NCBI RefSeq assembly: GCF_963921235.1
Contig: NC_086108.1
Location: 42,534,001 to 42,598,000 of the forward strand
Direction: 5' to 3'
Source: Mobula hypostoma
Taxonomy: Eukaryota
Length of the DNA: 64,000 nucleotides
Shown here: positions 11,550 to 23,920 of the stretch, in pieces
Layout: each line of letters opens with the position of its first letter
How positions within the stretch are numbered: position 1 is the stretch's first letter
Notes under the pieces: generated by a model
The model's database searches: none
What the model was told of the DNA's origin: nothing
What the model saw: the letters and a program-made list of their open reading frames with translations, nothing else
Made by a program: the position numbers and the translations under genes

Positions 11550-11766
11550 GGAAACACGCTTCCTGCGCTGGGACAGCGAGTCCCACCGGACCAGCCGGCT
11601 GGCAGCACCGTGACTGGCAACGGATGTGTGCGATCACTCCCCGAGAGGGCGGAGGGAGAAGCGCCGACCTCTCGTTTAGGAACGACGAAGACAGACTTTT
11701 TGGGGAAAAAACATGAGATATTCTGCAGATGCTGAACAAGGACTGCATTTAGCCAATTGAAATTAG
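11550..11766 (+). other. AKNAD1: Putative non-coding exon 1 of AKNAD1 (5' boundary approximate)
   Basis: Plus-strand donor TAG|GTAATG at 11766/11767 at the edge of the CpG island. The first coding exon has an acceptor 4 nt before its ATG, so an upstream exon is required. Confidence 0.5.
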
Positions 11767-12399
11767 GTAATGGAGCACGTTGCTCTTTAACTCTTCAAAG
11801 CCTTCGAAAGTGTTTTTCCACTTCACTTCCTATCATCCAGACGTGCAAACAGTTCTTCCAAAGGAAGGGAAAAAAATTATTGAACTTCTTCCTGTCCAGT
11901 ATTGACCACGTCGGCTCCCCTATGCTAAAGAAACTAAAAGTCAGCTGCTTTGGTGATTACGTCTGTAATTCAGTTTGCAAGGACCACTCGGAGCTCCTTA
12001 TTGCCTGTCAATTCATTTGTTAATCTCATTCAAACACTGACTTGCCTGTGATCTCTTGCACTTTTTATAAGGTTGGCCAAAATAGAGGAACAGCACTTCA
12101 TCGTCCATCTATGTACTTTGCAGCCTTCTGGATACGATATTGAGCTCCCTTAATCTGTATCACAACTAGCCATCTCTGCTGTAAGTTAATCAATTGTGAT
12201 GTTGTCTCAGTTTCTCATTGTCCACTGGAGTAACCAGATATGTTGGCAAGTCCTCCAGCCCTGCATTTCATACTGTGTTATGTGCCTTCTCCTATTCTCA
12301 GCCTCAGATTGCTCTCCTCTCATAGTTTTGGTCCTACATTTCCCCTCTCTCCTCCGGCCCTATTAACGGATCAAGTGAATGATTCTCAACCTATTAGAT

Positions 12400-12780
12400 A
12401 AAGCATCAGGAAGGAGCCCTTGGAGCCCACACCACCAGGTTCAGGAGCTGTTATTACCCCTCAACCATCAGACTCTGGAATCAGAGTGGATAACGTCCCC
12501 CAACCCGGCACTGAACTGATTCCACAACTAATGGACTCACTTTCAAGGACCCCTTCAACTCACGTTCTCAATGTTTGTTGCATATTTATTATTTTGTTTT
12601 TTTCTTTTTTTTGTCTTTGTCTTTTGCACAGTTGTCTTTCTGTCGTTGTTTATGTGCAATTTTTCATTGATTCTACTGTGTCTTTTTGTACTTTGAATGC
12701 CCACAAGAAAATGAATCACAGGGCAGTGTATGGTGACATGTATATACTTTTTAAAATAAATTTGCTTTGAACTTTGATGT
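12400..12780 (+). mobile_element. Rex1/Babar-type LINE 3' end
   Basis: catcaggaagg...caccaccaggttcagg...tattacccctcaaccatcag plus a T-rich 3' UTR ending tttgaactttga. Same family as 14305-14798 and 40020-40440. Confidence 0.7.
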
Positions 12781-13406
12781 TGCATTTGACTAGTATATGC
12801 TCCCACATGACTTTCTGACTTAACTAATTTGTCTTTCCTCATTTCATTTGAAACGTTCATTCTGTTTTATACCCCCTCAGATGCTGTTTGATCTGCTCAA
12901 ATGCCAATGTCGTCTGTCCTGAATGAATTGTAATCCATGATTCCAGAAACACCAGCCTTTATGAATGTATCTATTTTGATACCTACTGCAAGAGTTTTGT
13001 ATGTTTTAATGACATCACTAGTCATTCTTCTGTTCGTTATGATTAACCCAGCGGCAATTTCTGAGTTTGCAATAATAAACAAAAGAATGCCATTTGTATT
13101 ACAACCAGATTACTGCAGCAAAGGAGACAACTTACTGACTGAACCTGATCCCTCACTGTTGAATCCCGAAAGCAAGTAACAGAAGTCTTCATTTGATATC
13201 ACAGTAAAATATTTAGAAGACTCAGTAACTTGAGCTATAACTAATTGTCTAGAATGGCTTAATACCACATTACTTATTTATTTTTCAAAAGATTGCAAAC
13301 AGCTGACATAGAATTTTAAATGTAGAAGGTTCCATACTTGTATGCTGCTTTTAATCTATTTTATGCTCCTGTTGGTTTAATATGCATTTACTGGTAGAAA
13401 GTTTAA

Positions 13407-13709
13407 TTTAGTAATTTTTATTTAGGCATCCGTTGGTCTCATGAGACCATGGATTTGCGCCTTGGAAGGTTTCCAGGGTGCAGGCCTGGGCAACATTGTA
13501 TGGAAGACCAGCAGTTGCCTATGCTGCAAGTCTCCCCTCTCCATGCCACCGATGTTGTCCAAGGGAAGGGCATTAGGACCCATACAGCTTGGCACCGGTG
13601 TCGTCGCAGAGCAATGTGTGGTTAACTGCCTTGCTCAAGGACACACATTCTGCCTCAGCTGAGGCTCGAACTAGTGACCTTCCTTAACCACTTGGCCACG
13701 TACCAACAC
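13407..13709 (-). mobile_element. tRNA-derived SINE with CORE-like segment
   Basis: Minus strand starts gtgttggtacgtggccaagtggttaagg and contains gtgtccttgagcaaggcagttaac. 12-bp TSD tagaaagtttaa (13395-13406, 13710-13721). Confidence 0.8.
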
Positions 13710-13774
13710 TAGAAAGTTTAAATGGATGCAATTTTAAAATAAAATGTTTCTGTAAGATGGATTAGATATAAACC

Positions 13775-14103
13775 GTATTGAATTGACTTTATTACTTAAA
13801 TCCTTCATATACATGAGGAGTAAAAATCTTCACGTTATGTCTCCATCTAAATGCGCAATTTATAGTAACTTGCAGTAGTATGTACAACAGGATAGTCAAT
13901 ATAACATAGAAATACAATTGTATCAGCGTGAATTGATCAGACTGATGTCCTGGTGGAAGAAGCTGTCCTGGAGCCTGTTGGTCCTGGCTTTCATGCTACG
14001 GTACAGTTTTCCGGATGGTAGCAGCTGGAATAGATCATGGTTGGGATGACTTCGGTCCACAGTGATCCTTTGGGCCATTTTTACACACCCGTCTTTGTAA
14101 ATA
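13775..14103 (-). mobile_element. Rex1/Babar-type LINE 3' fragment
   Basis: Minus strand encodes a ...LLPSGKLYRSMKARTNRLQDSFFHQDI-like C-terminus followed by a 3' UTR ending aataaagtcaattcaat. Confidence 0.65.
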
Positions 14104-14304
14104 TTCTTGCAATAGAGCTTAGAACAACCTTATGAAAATCTGTTTCTAAATTGTCTAGTTGTTCTTTTCTACTTTCAGCACAACAAAGGATAATATCACT
14201 TCAATAATTAAGTTACCTTGCTGGTTATATTGATAAGAAAAATCTCATCTTTGTTTAAATAGAAAATTTTTTAAAAACAAAAAATCTCCTTGCATATGCA
14301 TTTA

Positions 14305-14798
14305 CCCATCACAGGTAAAGCCCTCCCCACCATTGAGCATATCTACATGAAGCATTGTCACAGCAAACAGCATCCATCATCTGGGATCCCCCAGCACCCA
14401 GGCCATGCTCTCTTCTCGCTGCTGCCATCAGGAAGAAGGTATATGAGCCTCAGGACTCACAACACCAGGTTCAGGGACCCTTATTGCCCCTCAACCATCG
14501 GGCTCTTGAACCAAAGGGGATAATTTCATTCAACTTCACTTACCCTATCACTGAAACATTCCCACAACCTATAGTCTCATTTTGAAGGATTCTTCAACTC
14601 GTGTTCTTAATTTTTATTGCTTATTTATTATTATTTCTCTCTTTTTGTATTTGCAGTTTGTCGTCTTTTACACGTCTGCCCTGTTGGTGTGGTCTTTCAT
14701 TAATTCTAGTATGGTTATTGAATTCACTGAGTATGCCTGTAAGAAAATGACTCTCAGGGTTGTATATAGTATTATATATTTACTTTACTTTGAACTTT
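14305..14798 (+). mobile_element. Rex1/Babar-type LINE 3' fragment
   Basis: ORF ITGKALPTIEHIY...HPGHALFSLLPSGRRYMSLRTHNTRFRDPYCPSTIGLLN is a characteristic Rex1-clade C-terminus. Confidence 0.8.
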
Positions 14799-15810
14799 AA
14801 ATTTCTGTTTTGCAAAGTGAGTAAATATTCAAATAAAAGGCTTACGTTTAGTTCAACGTTGTTTTCACAAACCAAACAAGTTTTCATTCAGCCATGCAGT
14901 CCTATATATTTATGTGCGTTATGTTTAACTTAATATGATCACCAGAAGTATACCTTATCAATCTTCCTGCATAGAATTTCAAAGTAGATTTATTATGCAA
15001 GTACATATGTTACCATATACTCCCTTGAGATTTGTTTTCTTGCAGTATGAAAAGAAATACAATTTTATGAAATACTATATGGAAACAGATCAAGCTTGAC
15101 AAACAACCAGTGTGTAAAAGAAAACAAACTGTGAAAAGATGGGCAGGTATCAAACAGTATGAAACTAGATGTAATGGAATTACCCATGGAACACGTTTGC
15201 ATCCGTACAATAATCTTAAAAGATACAAATTTTTGCTAAACTCCCAGTTTCAAGTTTCCTCTGGGTACAAATGCTCGAGCATTTCAACTCATAGTCACTT
15301 CAGTAGTGATGGCACTGGGTCTGAAACTGGGAAATTACTTTTGATATCATCCCTGCAAATTTCTTAAAGTTAAGCTGTCTAATTTAAATACAACACTAAA
15401 TCGTAGTTTCATGGAATTAAGAGGTTTTATGCAGAAAGTAAGCAATATGTATTGTTCTGAAGTAGATATGATAGATATGCTGGACAGCTAATAAATATAG
15501 CATTACACGATTTCAGTACTTCCAATACAATTTAGTACAACACGTTATATTAATATGATAATTTAAAAATTAAATTCTACTTTTTAATTTGGTGCACAGT
15601 ATATAGTGTCTGCCTGAATATTTGGTAAGTCATATATTTAAAGTGCATTCTGTATTTAAATGTATCCTTGATGTGATGTTCCTTCTTTTCCTATATAGTT
15701 TATTAAAGTTCTGAAATACTGTAATTATTTTGGATTTCAATGATTGCATCTATATAAATTGGAAAATCACAAAAAATACCAAGTATTATAAATTCTGTTA
15801 ATACAGGAAA

Positions 15811-16147
15811 ATGGAATATTTTGAAGCTGATGTAAACCTTCATACCACAGATGAACTGGATATAGAAAATAATGAAGACTTTTTAGAAAAAATGGATGAT
15901 TATCATTTTGCCAGTTATGTGGAGAACTACTGTAGTAATTTGCAAAAATCACATGGCAGCACAGAAGGTGAATGGATCAAACATGGAACTAAGAATTCTT
16001 TAGTATGGGAGAAATCCTTTGAGCATGAAATACTTCTAGATGTGGGTGATGATGTCAACTTGAATTTTAATGATATATGTAATTCCTATACCATCTGCCT
16101 TTCTCAGTCGTCATCATCAGAAGATGCTAGTGTCAACATTACAGCAG
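15811..16147 (+). CDS. AKNAD1: AKNAD1/AKNA-like coding exon 1 (start; MEYFEADV...NITA, phase 1 end)
   Basis: Acceptor atacag| at 15806, gaaaATGG Kozak context, acidic ORF, donor G|gtttgt. In phase with the next exon. Confidence 0.7.
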
Positions 16148-17039
16148 GTTTGTAAATGTAACATTTATCTTTCTCTGATATTTTCTCTTTCTAATGTTTC
16201 GGTGGGTAAGAAAAAATTGAAACTTTATAAATCCTTTCAGCAATGTCACCAAATGAATGATGAGTATCTTTTGTTATTCTCTCATTATGATATACAGTAC
16301 AATCAATTATACGAATTTTAATTGACATGTAGTATTAACCAATGTGTTTCGTACTAAAAATCAGTGTTTTTAGTAAGTTTTACATTGTGTACATCATCTA
16401 TCCAACACCGTAACTGCTTTTTTGGCTGCTGTATAAAATCAGAAGTGACATGGTGAACAAAACATTAAAACCAAACAGTCAACCATCCAAAGAAACTCTA
16501 CTTCAGCTAGATCTTTTATTCTTTCTTCTCCCCTTTCAGGTGTCTGAACTTAAGATATTAGACTTCAATATATTAACAAGACTAATGTGATAATTTTCTT
16601 TATTTGTAATTGTACGTGATATCAAGTTCTAAGTTCCTTTAATACTAATCTTTGTGGCTTAAGTCCAGTCATAAAGAATTTGGAAAATATTGGATAGCTT
16701 ATTGTTTTAATTAAATTTAATGCTTCTGCAGTTCAATTTTCTCCCCTTAGTTTTAGTTGTACTCAAAGTGCAATTTTATGGATTGATCTGTTCCTTTGTT
16801 TCTGCAACCTATATATCTTGTGACTAGTAGGAGAATTGAATGAATTGGTATTAAGCAAGGTCAAAAGAGAAGAAAGGCAGAGTTTAAGATGGCTGAAGGG
16901 ATAGTGGTCTGTGGTGATATGAAGGAAGTGTAGCAATAGACAAGCTTCAAACAAAAATGATTTCATAGAAGGTTGATGGACTAGAACATAAAACATTATA
17001 ATATAGCACAATACAAATTCTTCAACCAACAAGACTATA

Positions 17040-17625
17040 CCAACTGTAACACTGATTTAAATTATTCCCAACTGCCTGCACCTAATCCATATCTCTTTAT
17101 TCCCTGCTTGTTCGTGTTCATGTCTAAGTGTCTCTTAAATGTTTCTATTGTATATTCTTCTACCATCTTTCTTGGCAGCTTATTCCATGCACCTAACACT
17201 ATTATTTTTCTTTAATTGCCTCATAAATCTCCTTTAAACTTTCCCCCTCTAAACTTGCAGTGATGCCCTCTAGTATTTGATTTATTTTCCACCCTGGGAG
17301 AAGACTATATACCCTGTCCATGCTCCTCATAATTTTAACAGTCCATCTACATTTTTGTAGACATCATTTGTGTATAATCACAATGACAGAGGTCATAACA
17401 CTGATCCCTCTTGTCACAGACCTCCAGTCAGAATAACACCCTTTCACCACTGTCCTCTCTTCTATGACCAAGCTAATATTGAATAGTCTACCAAGTCACC
17501 TTGGACCCCATGTGCCTTAAGTCTTTTGAATTAGCTTGTAGTAAGGTATATTAACAAATGCTGTATAAAGTCCATCTATATATCATTTACTAACCTACCC
17601 TTATCCATCATTATCTTCACCTCCT
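17040..17625 (-). mobile_element. Decayed CR1 LINE fragment
   Basis: Minus-strand remnants of the CR1 3' region (ccctctagtatttga...tccaccctggga) and RT (ccttggaccccatg...aagtccatcta). Confidence 0.6.
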
Positions 17626-18078
17626 CAAAAAAAAAACTAGAATGGTTTGGGTAGATAAAAACAGAGAGAACGATCTTGAGGGCCTACATCATCTAATCCT
17701 ACTACTTTTTAATGTTCTCTCATGAAAAATGCTACAAAGGAATCAAAATAATAATATGTACAACAGATTTGCTTTGAATTGAATGTAATAATTAGCTCAC
17801 TGGAGTTAGTACAAGAATAATTCAAATCTATATAACTTGAAGAATAAAATTATGTAGGAAAATATTATTTTCTCACCTTTGAGTTATAGGAAAACACTTT
17901 TTGTAGATTTCATCCAATTAAAATAATGCATCATTTATTTAACTTGATAAGCTTTTAATAAAGAATTTCTTGATGTGTGATGAATCAATGGAGACTGATT
18001 TTGACTAACATTACATTTAAAGACTACTGAAAATAAACTATTTCCATTTTTGATGGTGTTTTTCTGTTTCTACAATAG

Positions 18079-19385
18079 ATGACATATACAAAATTGAAAA
18101 TAAATATGATAGTGATGAAGAAGAAAGAATAGACACTGAAGAAATTAACTATGAACATAACCAAGGCATTTACGGTTGTAACGGTTCTGACATGCATGAT
18201 GAAACAAAACATAATTTGGAAGGCTTTCAATGTCATAACACAGCTGCCAGTACCAGTGATGAAGAACAAGAAGAGTTGCCTTATGATGGTAACTTAAAGA
18301 ATGTTAGCCATCATCAAAAAGACGAGAAAATTGATTTAGCTGATAATGTACCACCATTATCCAGAGTCCTTGGGAACCTATCAGGTCTTGGGCCTGTTAG
18401 TGGAATGAGCCAAAATATCCCACTTGGAGATCAAAAATCAATTGTAAAAAATATGTCCCCCCAACAAGAAGTGCCCGATAATGAAATGAACATAGAGGTT
18501 AAAGCTTCTAGTCATGAAAATAAAAGTGAAATGAAGGACCTTACATCAGAGCAGCCGGGTGATTTGTTGATGCCTACAAATGTAACTAAAGCAAAAAATA
18601 GCTTTCAGCTTGGTGGTGGAAGGTCAAGTATTTCTGAATCAGTTCTACATCATCCTTTTGAAGATGAGGCACTTGGTTCATCCATGTACATTGACTCTGA
18701 GACTCTACCAGAGACTTCTTTTACGGATAGTATTGAAGAAACTGTAATTATGAATCAAATTTCATCAACTTCCAATAATGATTTGTTCATGAAAAATAAC
18801 ACCATTTGTAAATCAGGAACTGATCTTTCAAAGAAAGAAGAAACAGATGGAAAATTTGGAAATGACGAACAATTGGTCCAGGTGATAAGTGATTCTTACT
18901 GCAATAACATTACTGAAGTGAATGTGGAAAAAATTGGCACTTGTAGAAGAAAGACAAGTTGTGATGTAGAGACTGCACCAAAAATAGTACAAGAAGAAAA
19001 TGCACAAGCACCACTTGGTCATAAAACTGCATCAGGAGCTGCTCAAAATCCCATGATAAAAATGAGAAGAACTATCTCTTATAATGAGATCAAATATGGC
19101 AAAGGAAAACAACATTATCCTCTACTTGACCTTTCCAAAGTGGCGCCCAAGGTCAAAATTCCCAAGAGGAATACTTACAATAATTATAAATGTCAAAGAT
19201 CCAAAAATGCAAAATCTTCCCCCAACTCATCAGAAAACCTCCACAACATTTACAAATCAACAGTAGATGTAGTGCAAAGTGTACCAGATAACGCACAACT
19301 TTCAGCAATTGCTACAGAAACGGAAGTTAATATTAAAAAACATTTGGAAGTGAATCAGACCCCTGAAAATTTCCAACAATTGCAG
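18079..19385 (+). CDS. AKNAD1: AKNAD1/AKNA-like coding exon 2 (large, 1307 nt)
   Basis: Acceptor tttctgtttctacaatag|, donor CAG|gtaat. Motifs QEELPYDG, SSISESVLHH, IDSETLPETSFTDSIEE and KYGKGKQHYPLLDLSKVAPKVKIPK match human AKNAD1 QEDLPYDG, SSISDILLHH, IDCETLPEISNADSFEE and KYGQGQVHYQLPDFSKIAPKVKIPK as recalled. Confidence 0.92.
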
Positions 19386-19699
19386 GTAATATACATTTTA
19401 TGGTCAGCTTTGCATCTTATGAAGCCAGTCATAGCTTGTATCTAATTAGTTCACTGACATCTTTATGATACCATCAGCTATACATAATCTATTCAATTTG
19501 CCGGTGCGCATGGGACACAAAAACTGCGTTTTGAATGTTTTAGTTCTGAAGTGGGGAAGAACATTTCTATTTTTCCTGGCTTCACAAGAAGGTACGTAAT
19601 GTTGTTGTTCATAGACCAATTTGACACTTCAGTCTAATCTTACTTAAACAATAGGACTAATGGAAGTTTCAGGTAATAACATGAATGCTTTCTTCCTTC

Positions 19700-20320
19700 A
19701 CTGTGTATTAGTTCCTAATAGTTATTGATGCAGGAATCCATCATATATACACTGACATGTTCTTTTGATTGACTCTGAATGAACAATATCAGCGCAGACA
19801 CCAGTGTAGATGATGGACTGCCTTCATACAATGCTTTTAACAATTGTATTCTCCAAATCTTCATTTTCATTGTAGCATTCAAAATGATTGTCAATACCTT
19901 CAGATTCTTTGTCGTTCCTAATTTGTTGAGGTAGTGAAATGGTTTCATTTTCACTCCTGGCTATTTTGGGCATTTCCAAGTGTGAATGCTTCAAACTGCA
20001 GTGTACAAAACAGTTCTGAATTGTCTTACAGCTTATTTCTCGCCAACTATCAGTGACAAAAATCACTACTTTTGAGCACATACATACACAACTTGATGTT
20101 ATTTAAAAATTGTTCACCCTAAGCACAGTGTAATAATGAATGACTACACAAGTCCATGCAAATAACACTAGTTAGAAACTGTTCGGCAACACATTCTCCT
20201 GTCTTAATTAAGCGGCATAGTAGCCCAAATAAAGTCCTAGCTATTTTCTTGATTAGTTTTTGTTCTTTAAGAGTTGTCCTAAATAAGTAGCTGCCTCGAT
20301 TAACTGCCTCGATTAACTCC
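19700..20320 (-). mobile_element. Tigger/pogo-type DNA transposon remnant
   Basis: ORF 19824-20081 contains VIFVTDSWREISCKTIQNCFVH, resembling the W..V....I.NCF motif at the end of Tigger/CENP-B-type DDE domains, followed by an acidic tail. Confidence 0.65.
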
Positions 20321-20791
20321 ATGTTTACCAAATAATTATAGTTATCAGTATTAAACACAGTTTTATTTTAAGAAATTATTGGTTATAAGGTGTGTTTGAT
20401 TATTTTATTAATGAGATGCAATTTACCTTCACGTACGTAATATAAGGGATTTTAAATCAGTTATCAATGCTGGAGCAGGTATTTTAGGTAATTTCTAGAA
20501 ACAATAAGTTGTTCTTTTTCCCTGTTTTAACCTGCTGGAGTCATGGGGTACCACAAGCACAGAAATAGACTATTCAGCCCACTTAGTCCATGGCCACCTT
20601 CCCTAACTCTGTTATTAGAGAACATTGTTAAAATTCTATTGATCATCTATTTTCTTTGATATGATTTCACATTTTAAAATTTAACACTTTTTAAAGAATT
20701 TGTCAATATTATTTTCAGCAGAATTTTTAGTCTGCAAGTTACCAGAAAAGTGCTCAGTATTTAAAATTTTATTTCCACATTTCATTCATAG

Positions 20792-20866
20792 GAAGAGTTT
20801 GACAAACTATTAATAAAGTATGCAGAAGCAGAAAATACCATTGATCAGTTGCGGTTTGGTCGTAAG
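20792..20866 (+). CDS. AKNAD1: AKNAD1/AKNA-like coding exon 3 (EEFDKLLIKYAEAENTIDQLRFGRK)
   Basis: catag|...AAG|gtatgt, phase 0-0. Matches the AKNA-domain motif LLTKYAEAENTIDQLRLGAK. Confidence 0.92.
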
Positions 20867-21616
20867 GTATGTGCATTAGATTTAGCAACAATATTCAGGT
20901 CCATTCTTTCTAATACATGAAATGAATGCTATTGTTATTTTAAATTTCTAGCATTCACACTACTTTGAATTTGAATCTTTTGATCTGTGGGATGAATTCC
21001 ATCAAACCTCTCACTAATTGTTGGTTATGGAATTTCTGATTTCATTGTTAATTTTATACGGTGACTCTGAATTGCCTTGTAATCCCAAAGTTACATAATC
21101 TGCAAATTTAATTTTGAATTGGTGAGAAAATCTATTGTTCTGATTAGAGACAATTAATAATATGTTTTGTGCAGAAAACCCTCTTTGAGTAATTGGGAAA
21201 TGTTTCTCTCGGGACTTCTGAGTTGAAAGTTCCAGCAAGTATTTCAGATATACAATATCACAATCTCATACAAAAATGCTACAAAGCGCAAATGAAATAC
21301 ATACATTTATTTGTAATTTATTGTTGTTTTGTATCCAGACACTTAGTATATTTAAATTCAAAGACACATTGACAAATCAGACACAAGGTAATCAGACACC
21401 AATATATAACTATTTAGACAACATTAAATCAAGGAATTTCATGTTTGCTACCTCAAGTGCAAAAATCTAGGACTTGAATTTACTATGAATTTGTTATTAT
21501 TAAATTATTATTATTATTAAAATTACTATGAATTTGCTCCACTGTTGTAATGTACACTGAGTATTACTTCTCAGATTTTCTGCAGATTATAGGATTGTGG
21601 ACATGAAGCAACAGAA

Positions 21617-21921
21617 CTAAAGATTAAAGTCTGTCACGAGCCTTGTGGCCCATCAGGCCGGTGCTTATGCAGGTTTCTGTGGCATGAAGCGACTGAGAGT
21701 ACAAGACTCTTTCCCCTCCCCCCGGCCCCAGATAGGACGCCAGTCTATCGCGAGATTAACCCCCAGCATTTTTTTGCCGGTACCCATTCTCAGCTGGGTA
21801 GACTGGAGCATTGTGTGGTTAAGTGCCTTGCTCAAGGAAACACATGCTGCCTCGGCTTTGGCTCGAACCCACAACCTTCAGATCGCTAGTCTGGTGCCCT
21901 AACCACTTGGCCACGTGCCAC
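21617..21921 (-). mobile_element. tRNA-derived SINE, MetaSINE-like
   Basis: Minus-strand head gtggcacgtggccaagtggttagggc, body ccagtctacccagctgagaatgggtacc...gtcgcttcatgccacagaaacc resembling the Meta domain. 11-bp TSD aagcaacagaa (21606-21616, 21922-21932). Confidence 0.75.
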
Positions 21922-22774
21922 AAGCAACAGAATAGAGATGTTTAATTTTCAAATTTATTTTTGGTTCACAATGTTTTTATTTATGTCTTTAAAAATTACT
22001 CTACTCTGTAAAAGAAATGTGAACAATTTTAGTTGCAAAAATGATATTTTTAAATGTTAATTATTTGAAATACCTCTATTGACAAACGTTGATTTAAAAA
22101 GTGGAAATGACATCACAGCTTTGACAGACAGCAAAGCCAGGAACAGGATTTGGTGGATGTTAAAACTTTCAATGGCATTTCAGCGCATGGTTTCTTCACT
22201 GTTGCGTGGAGGTCCTACTTCAGTCGGACCACCATTGGAGTCTTGAGTTCATCACGACTGCAAGGATGATCATGGAAAGACTACAGTGATGTTTCAAGCA
22301 AGGTGGGGAGGGGGCAGTGTAGTGGTGGGGCTGATCGAAGAATAAAATATTCTGAAAAGATTTCAAGTTCCTGCTGAGCTATTAACTTCCTTAGTTAATA
22401 TTGTAACCTAATGGAAGGTTTGATCATACCTTATCATTATAATTAGCACCTAATCTCTTTAAAATAATTGGGAAAATCTCCCTAGGGAGGTTAACAATAT
22501 AGAGCTGAAAGCATCGATTTAGTTAATTATGTGTCAACATTAACCAGACTTGCTTGGTATATCATGTCATTTGTTCACCAGTGCAAGAAACAGGGTGCTA
22601 AATTACAATTTAAATCTGAAGTTGATTAATAACACAAATCTGAAATGTATTGCTGTGAGATTCACATCACAGAAAGAATGCAACCATTATGTTGAGAGTA
22701 GCAAATGCAATATACATAGAGGCTCAATATAGCTAACATAAAATGTTAATTTTAACTTTTTATTCTTGTATTAG

Positions 22775-22925
22775 AGAACTGTAACTTCTGATATATCCAA
22801 ATCAAGTGAAATGATTCATTTTGGAATTTTGCCAGCACCTTGTCAATTAGCCATTTTGACAAGTCCACAACAACCCAGAGCTGAGCCGATATGCACCAAT
22901 GAATCAGTCACATTCTTCCCTTTAG
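22775..22925 (+). CDS. AKNAD1: AKNAD1/AKNA-like coding exon 4 (RTVTSDISKSSEMIHFGILPAP...)
   Basis: ttcttgtattag|...G|gtaaat, phase 0-1. Similar to the AKNA segment that follows the YAEAENTIDQLR motif. Confidence 0.85.
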
Positions 22926-23515
22926 GTAAATGAATAATCTCTAGGACACGGAATGGTATTGTGTACCTTTTAGACTTATTCATTGGAAATGTTATTGAAC
23001 AGATGGAGTAAGCATGTAAGACATTGGGATTCAAGTAGTTGCTGTAGCTCATAACTTCAAAACATCAGTTTTAAGTAATTTCATATTTTAATTTTGATCT
23101 TTTACCCTCTATAATGAAGGTATTGCTGATACCTTTATAATGTAAACTGACTGTATGAATTACTTTAAAGAACTCCTAAGTAAAACTTGCTGTATTCTCT
23201 CTAACAAGACTTCAAAAATGGAGAATTCAACTTTGTTGTTCTAAGATTCATATATCTCATGTAATAATAGTTTTTACTTTAGCTTAAATTAATCACATTT
23301 AAAGGTAGCTAAATATGTAAAAACCAGATTGAAATTTGATATTCTGACATTACAAAAATGATTACATGTTATAATGAACTTGCATTCCAGTCCAAGATGA
23401 TGAAGTGTGTTACATTACTGTGTGACTTATTTTTCTTTAGATTTAATGGAGATTTATGAATGTATTGCAAAGTTTAAAGGTTTCAGAACTAAACTGAGAA
23501 TTTTATTTTTGGTAG

Positions 23516-23667
23516 AATCAACCTGTAAAAACTGCCCCATGTCATCATCAGTAACTCCTGCTGGATCTAAACCAGATTCTTGCCAATCTATTTCTGAATT
23601 TTACAAGGCAACGGCAGAACAAATGGCTCAGCAGCTAAATAAACACATTAAGTATTTTAAATGTCAG
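23516..23667 (+). CDS. AKNAD1: AKNAD1/AKNA-like coding exon 5 (...EQMAQQLNKHIKYFKCQ)
   Basis: ttttatttttggtag|...CAG|gtaagt, phase 1-0. Confidence 0.85.
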
Positions 23668-23920
23668 GTAAGTATTTATTTGAAACATAGCACAGCAAAC
23701 TATTCAACTCTAGTGATAAATATAGGATGAGAAGAAAACTCTAAATATAATGTGAAAGTACTTCTCAAATTCTATATAAATCAAGTTTAAATACTTTATT
23801 GGTTAATTTAATTAGATTAATAACATAGTCTGACACTAGAATTCTGAACCAGACACTCTCTTCCAAGCTCTGCATTGGAAAGCGATTAATAGGTAGAGAG
23901 AGAAAAACATTAAGGATGCC

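Larger units (their letters stand above)
10960..11770. promoter_or_regulatory. CpG-rich bidirectional promoter shared by GPSM2 (-) and AKNAD1 (+)
   Basis: Local CpG enrichment. Contains CCAAT at 11468 and 11753, TTTGAA (CHR-like) at 11519-11524 and on the - strand at 11456-11461, GC box GGGCGG at 11647-11652 and X-box-like GTCACCATAACAAC at 11407-11420. Divergent splice donors flank it. Confidence 0.75.

Noticed and set aside
11471..11748. Overlapping ORFs on both strands in the CpG island
   Set aside because: Expected from GC-rich promoter/UTR sequence, with no recognisable protein similarity.
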